From Moniliella sp. 'wahieum' (lineage: Eukaryota): a stretch of 64,000 bases of DNA. The notes beneath the pieces were generated by a model that was not told the origin of the DNA, made no database searches, and saw only the letters and a list, made by a program, of their open reading frames with translations. The first letter of the stretch is position 1, and every line of letters begins with the position of its first letter. A program made the translations under genes and the position numbers. This document shows positions 59,467-64,000 of this stretch, one piece after another. The stretch lies in the NCBI GenBank assembly GCA_003971905.1, contig RSEE01000030.1:1-64000 (forward strand). The letters are read 5' to 3'.

Positions 59467-62400
59467 ATGGTGTGTCCCACGCCCCTCCTCCGCCTGCTTG
59501 CTGCTGACCACTGCCCCCAGTCCTCCTCTCCGCCCCGCCCTGCCGGTGCCTCGCGCAAGCGCCCTCGCGCCGACTCGAATGCCGCCCCCCTCGGCTCGCA
59601 CAGCGGTGCGGCGCTGCGGGCCCTCCCGTCTGCCGGGCAGCGAGGCCGATGCATTGGATGCCTCGACGCCCGTCGGCATGCCCACCTCGGATGTTCCCAT
59701 GCCCTCTGCCCGCCGCTTCTCTCCTCCCGTCGAGTCTCCCCCCCTCCTCGCCCCCCGCCTTTAGCAACGTTGGCGACGATTCGGACGCCGGTGTTCGTAC
59801 GGCTGGCGAGACGACGGATGACGATGACCTCGATCCTCGCCGTCAGACGCGTGTAGTGGATGAAGAGCGTGAAGCGCGTATGCTCGGCGACGAGTATGAC
59901 CACGACGAGCCGGAGGACGAAGAGGGAGAGGACCTGTTTGGCGAGAACATGAACGAGGACTACACTTTCAATCGTGAGCTGGATACGTACGAAGTTGGCC
60001 TGGACGATGAGTCGGTGGCTCGATGGACGCTACGACGCGTCGCCTGGCCGAAATGCGGATGAACCGGCGTGACCGCGCGGAACGAACTCAGCGTGGCGCC
60101 ACCCGCTCCCGTGCCCCGGCTTTCCTCCAGTCCGACGACGAATCCGATATGGGCGATGGCATTATGCGTCGTCGTCGTCGCCACTACGACGAGGTGGAAG
60201 AGGATGAGATGGGAGAAGATGTACGTGCTATGCCGCTGGGTTCGTGCGATCGATACTGACCTGTCGCCCTTGTTTGTGCCGCCTTCCGGCCCCCCCTTTG
60301 ACAGGAGATGCCTTTGGAACAACTCGCCGATATCAAGGCCGACAGTATTGCCCAGTGGATTACGATGGAGGCGGTGCGACGGACGATTGTACGCGAGTTT
60401 CGTAACTTTCTGGTGACGTACGTTGATGCCGAGGGTGGCAGTGTGTACGGCCAACGGATCAAGGTACTGGGTGAGATCAACAGCGAGTCGTCGAGGTGAG
60501 CTTTATGCACTTGGCCGAAAGCAAGGCCATCCTCGCCTTTTTCTTGGCCAACTCGCCGGCCTCGATCCTGCCCATCTTTGACGAAGGTGGCCTTTGACGT
60601 GGTGCTGATGTACTACCCTTCTACGACCGCATCCACCTGAGATTCACGTCCGCATCGCCGACCTGCCGCGACGACGACGCTGCGTGAGCTGCGCCAGGCC
60701 AACCTCAACACGTTGGTGCGTGTTTCGGGGGTAGTGACCCGTCGCAGTGGCGTGTTCCCGCAACTCAAGTATGTCAAGTTTGACTGTCTCAGCTGCGGCG
60801 AGGTACTCGGGCCGTTCCCGCAAAACGATGCGACCAAGGAAGTCAAAGTCAACTTTTGCCCCAATTGCGAAAAGAAGGGCCCGTTCCGGATCAATGGCGA
60901 ACAGACCGTGTACCGCAACTATCAAAAGTTGACGCTGCAAGAGGCGCCGGGCAGTGTGCCGCCCGGTCGACTGCCGCGCCACCGCGAGGTGATCATGCTG
61001 TGGGACTTGATTGACCTGGCAAGCCAGGCGAGCACATTGAAATCACTGGCATTACCGCACAATTTGACGCTCGTCTGAACAGCAAGAATGGGTTTCCTGT
61101 ATTGCACGGTGATTGAGGCCAACCACATTGCAAGAAGGACGATGAGTTTGCGCGTTCCGCCTGAAGAGGACGACGAGAAGGCGATTCGGGCGTTGGCACG
61201 GGACGAGGATTGGACAACGGATCATCAAGAGCATTGCTCCCTCGATCTATGGCCACGAGGACATCAAGACGGCGATCGCACTTTCGCTGTTTGGGGGGTG
61301 CCCAAGGACATTGCGGGCAAGCATCGCATTCGTGGTGACATTAATGTCTGCTCCTTGGTGATCCTGGTACGGCCAAGTCGCAATTCCTCAAGTACGTTGA
61401 GAAGACGGCGAACCGAGCAGTGTTTACCACGGGGCAAGGCGCTTCGGCGGGGTAGGATTGACAGCCTCGGTGCGCAAGGACCCCATCACCCGCGAATGGA
61501 CGCTGGAAGGAGGCGCGTTGGTGTTGGCGGACCGTGGGTACTGTTTGATTGATGAGTTTGACAAGATGAACGATGCGGATCGGACGTCGATTCATGAGGC
61601 GATGGAGCAACAGTCCATCTCGATTTCCAAAGCGGGCATTGTGACGACGCTGCAAGCTCGGTGTGCGATTGTGGCCGCTGCCAACCCGATTCGCGGGCGG
61701 TACAACCCCAATTCCCTTTTCTCAAAACGTGGAGCTTACCGAGCCCATTCTGTCCCGTTTGATGTGCTGTGCGTGGTGAAAGATACGGTGGACCCAGTGC
61801 AGGATGATTTGTTGGCGCGCTTTGTGGTGGGCTCGCACCTTCGTTCGCACCCTGCCTTTGACGCGTCGGTGGATGAGGGCGGGTGGCGACGGCGTTGGAC
61901 TGAGGTGATTCCGCAAGAACTGCTTCGCAAGTACATTATGTATGCACGCGAGAGCGTGCGACCCAAGCTTCAAGCGCTGGACCAAGACCGGTTGGCGCGG
62001 CTGTACGCCGACTGCGCCGCGAGTCGCTGCGTACGGGCTCGTATCCAATCACGGTTCGTCACCTGGAGAGCATGATCCGCATGGCCGAGGCGGCAGCCAA
62101 GATGCACCTTCGAGAGTACGTGCGTTCGGACGATGTGGATGTGGCGATCAATACGCGGTGCAATCGTTTGTCAGTACGCAAAAGACGTCGATCAAGAAGC
62201 GCTGGAGCGCGGGCTGCGCAAGTACATGCACACTGCCGCCGACAGCCACGAACTGCTCTCGTTCCTGCTGGGTGGACTGGTCAAAGACAAGATGCGTTTC
62301 CTGGCCCGCGGCCCCGCCGCGACCGCACGTCGTCGCGGCGGTCAGCAGGGCGATGCGACTGATGTCACCATCCCTCTGGCTGAGCGAGACGCGGCGCGGG

Positions 62401-62517
62401 AAGTGGACGTGTTTGATGTGCGTCCGTTCCTTGCCTCGCGTCTTCCAGGCCAACGGATTCCGCTTCGATGCTGGTTCCAAGACGATCCACCGTCGGTTCA
62501 ATGTGACGGCTGCATGA
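59467..62517 (+). CDS. MCM2: DNA replication licensing factor Mcm2
   Basis: [96 protein letters not shown]. Intron right after ATG (59470-59520) and at ~60221-60304. Confidence 0.96.
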
Positions 62518-62825
62518 GTGGGGTTGGGTTCGCACCAACCTCACGCTCTAGCATCGAGATTCCGCTGGAGATTCAGCTTCAGCTTGACCGCTTGCCAGCG
62601 CGCCCCGTGGCTGGCCAGAGTCTGTGTACATGTACGGTAGCCCGACGGGTGTAACATATGTAAGAATCGATTGAATGGCTCCTTCTATGCAGATAAAAGA
62701 TGGCCGTGCTCGTAGCGAAACTTACACACTACGCGTCCAATCACCCGCCGATACCTATCCAGCTCACGCATCCACTAACGTTTCCGTCTCGTGTCACTGA
62801 TTCGCGGCCGAGACAAAGACAAAAG

Positions 62826-64000
62826 TTAGAAGATAGATTGGTACCTCACCGGCCACCCCACATCTTCCCCGGTCACGGCATTGTCGACAGGCAGGGCACG
62901 AGCCCAATCGGGTATGTCGTCGCACAAGGCGGCGGTGGAGCACAAGTCGCGCGCGGCCACATGGAGGAGCGAGAACGGGGACGACGAGGACGACGCATCG
63001 GGCGGAGGTCCACCAGGGGAGGGAGAACCGACTGCCTGGCGGTCTGCTTGCGCCTGTGTTGAATGTGCACTGTCCCCTTGGCCGTGCCATTGCTTGTCTT
63101 GCTCTTGGCCTTGCTCTTGGCCTTGCTCTTGGTCTTGCTCTTGGCATGCGCGTCCTTCGGATTGAGGCTCGAGTTGGGGGCCGGGCTGTTGCCAAGCCCA
63201 TGAGGCGGCGGGGGAGGACCCGGCGCTGGGCGGGACGCGGGAACGCAAGGGTCCGCCTGTAGCATGACAGCCAAGACCGGGTCGAGGACCGGGGTGGAGC
63301 GGGGCAGGGGCTGGTGGCCAATCCAGTGGGCAAACCAGTGGGCAAACCAGTGGGCTCGGGGAGGGAAGGGTAGAGACGGACGGGGGAGGGGACGACGCGC
63401 GGTCCGGGTCGACTCGCCCTGGTCCCCGTGCGAGACCCGATGGGAGGTCCGAGGTGAACGTTCCTGTTCATGCTTATTCTCATTCTCATGGTCACGGTTA
63501 TAAGTACGGTCGTAGTCATGGTCATGGACATGGTCACGGTCACGATCACGATCACGATCACGATCATGGTACGGCGATGGGGTCCCATTGGCGCGCCTGG
63601 GCCAAAGCCTGGTAAGCCAAGGGGGTACTTTGTCCCAAATGTTCGCTGAGCGCAGCCATGGCCGCGGCCAACGCGTCGTCCCACGAAGCGAACGGGACGA
63701 GGAAGCTTGGTAAGGACTGACCTAGCATCTGGTGCACGTGCTCAAACGAGCGTACGACACTGGCGAGCGAACGGGAGTAAGAGGGAGGAGTAGTGGCCAG
63801 CGGCGCGTCAGCGGGCAGCCGATGCGCCAGGTCCACGAGGTCGGCCTGGAGCAGTGGGCGTAGGTAAGTTGCTGTGTCGGCGGTACACTGTAAGTTGAAC
63901 ACCTCTTCTTCCAACAAGTGTTTGCCCGCCAAGAGCGCTAAGGAGCACAAGCTCGGCCCGGGTATCCAAGGCGTAAGCGTGCGGCTTGGGTGGCGCCCAA
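62826..64000 (-). CDS. Hypothetical protein, 3' part (extends beyond the window)
   Basis: Protein-like ORFs 63564-63950 and 62826-63248 linked by in-frame-type repeats ((DR)n hexamers ~63520-63570, KSKA 12-mers ~63100-63145). Ends DIPDWARALP...GEDVGWPVRYQSIF*. Family not recognised. Confidence 0.6.

Noticed and set aside
14800..62517. Frameshifts in almost every gene read as pseudogenisation, programmed frameshifting or RNA editing
   Set aside because: The same 1-bp losses hit essential genes (MCM2, MTR4) and invariant rRNA positions (GCCC-TTGTAC, GAAT-GCAG, GAAGGAT-ATT), mostly in homopolymers. This is typical long-read consensus error.

Overview
Eukaryotic fungal DNA, not bacterial. The 5S, 5.8S and 18S signatures point to a basidiomycete of the Ustilaginomycotina with a long-branch rDNA and very short ITS (Moniliella-like is only my guess). 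The window looks like a chromosome end. It opens with 11 nt of (CCCTAA) telomere repeat fused to the 5'-truncated 3' third of a CRE-clade non-LTR retrotransposon (restriction-like endonuclease; Cnl1/MoTeR-type), which runs straight into the 3' part of a 28S gene. About one rDNA unit follows (IGS1, 5S on the same strand, repeat-rich IGS2, 5'ETS, 18S, 5.8S, 28S). That 28S stops at the arthropod R1 target sequence and gives way to a garbled IGS/5S copy. The rest is housekeeping genes: EPT1/CPT1, GTR1, eIF3j, RHO2, a MOSC protein, UMP1, MTR4, a B-type cyclin, an ArAE/FUSC-like membrane protein, a WRN-like exonuclease, OSCA/TMEM63, an arrestin-like protein, MCM2 and one unknown. They are interrupted by a ~9 kb gene-free, relic-rich block (28.5-37.2 kb) and a gag/protease-like ORF with no visible RT (47-50.5 kb). 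Nearly every gene and rRNA has 1-bp indels, which I read as long-read consensus errors, so gene ends are approximate. Best leads: the telomere-retroelement-28S junction, compensatory changes in the 18S decoding centre and central pseudoknot, the RT-less gag plus double-protease ORF, and a recurrent TCATCGATCA promoter motif.
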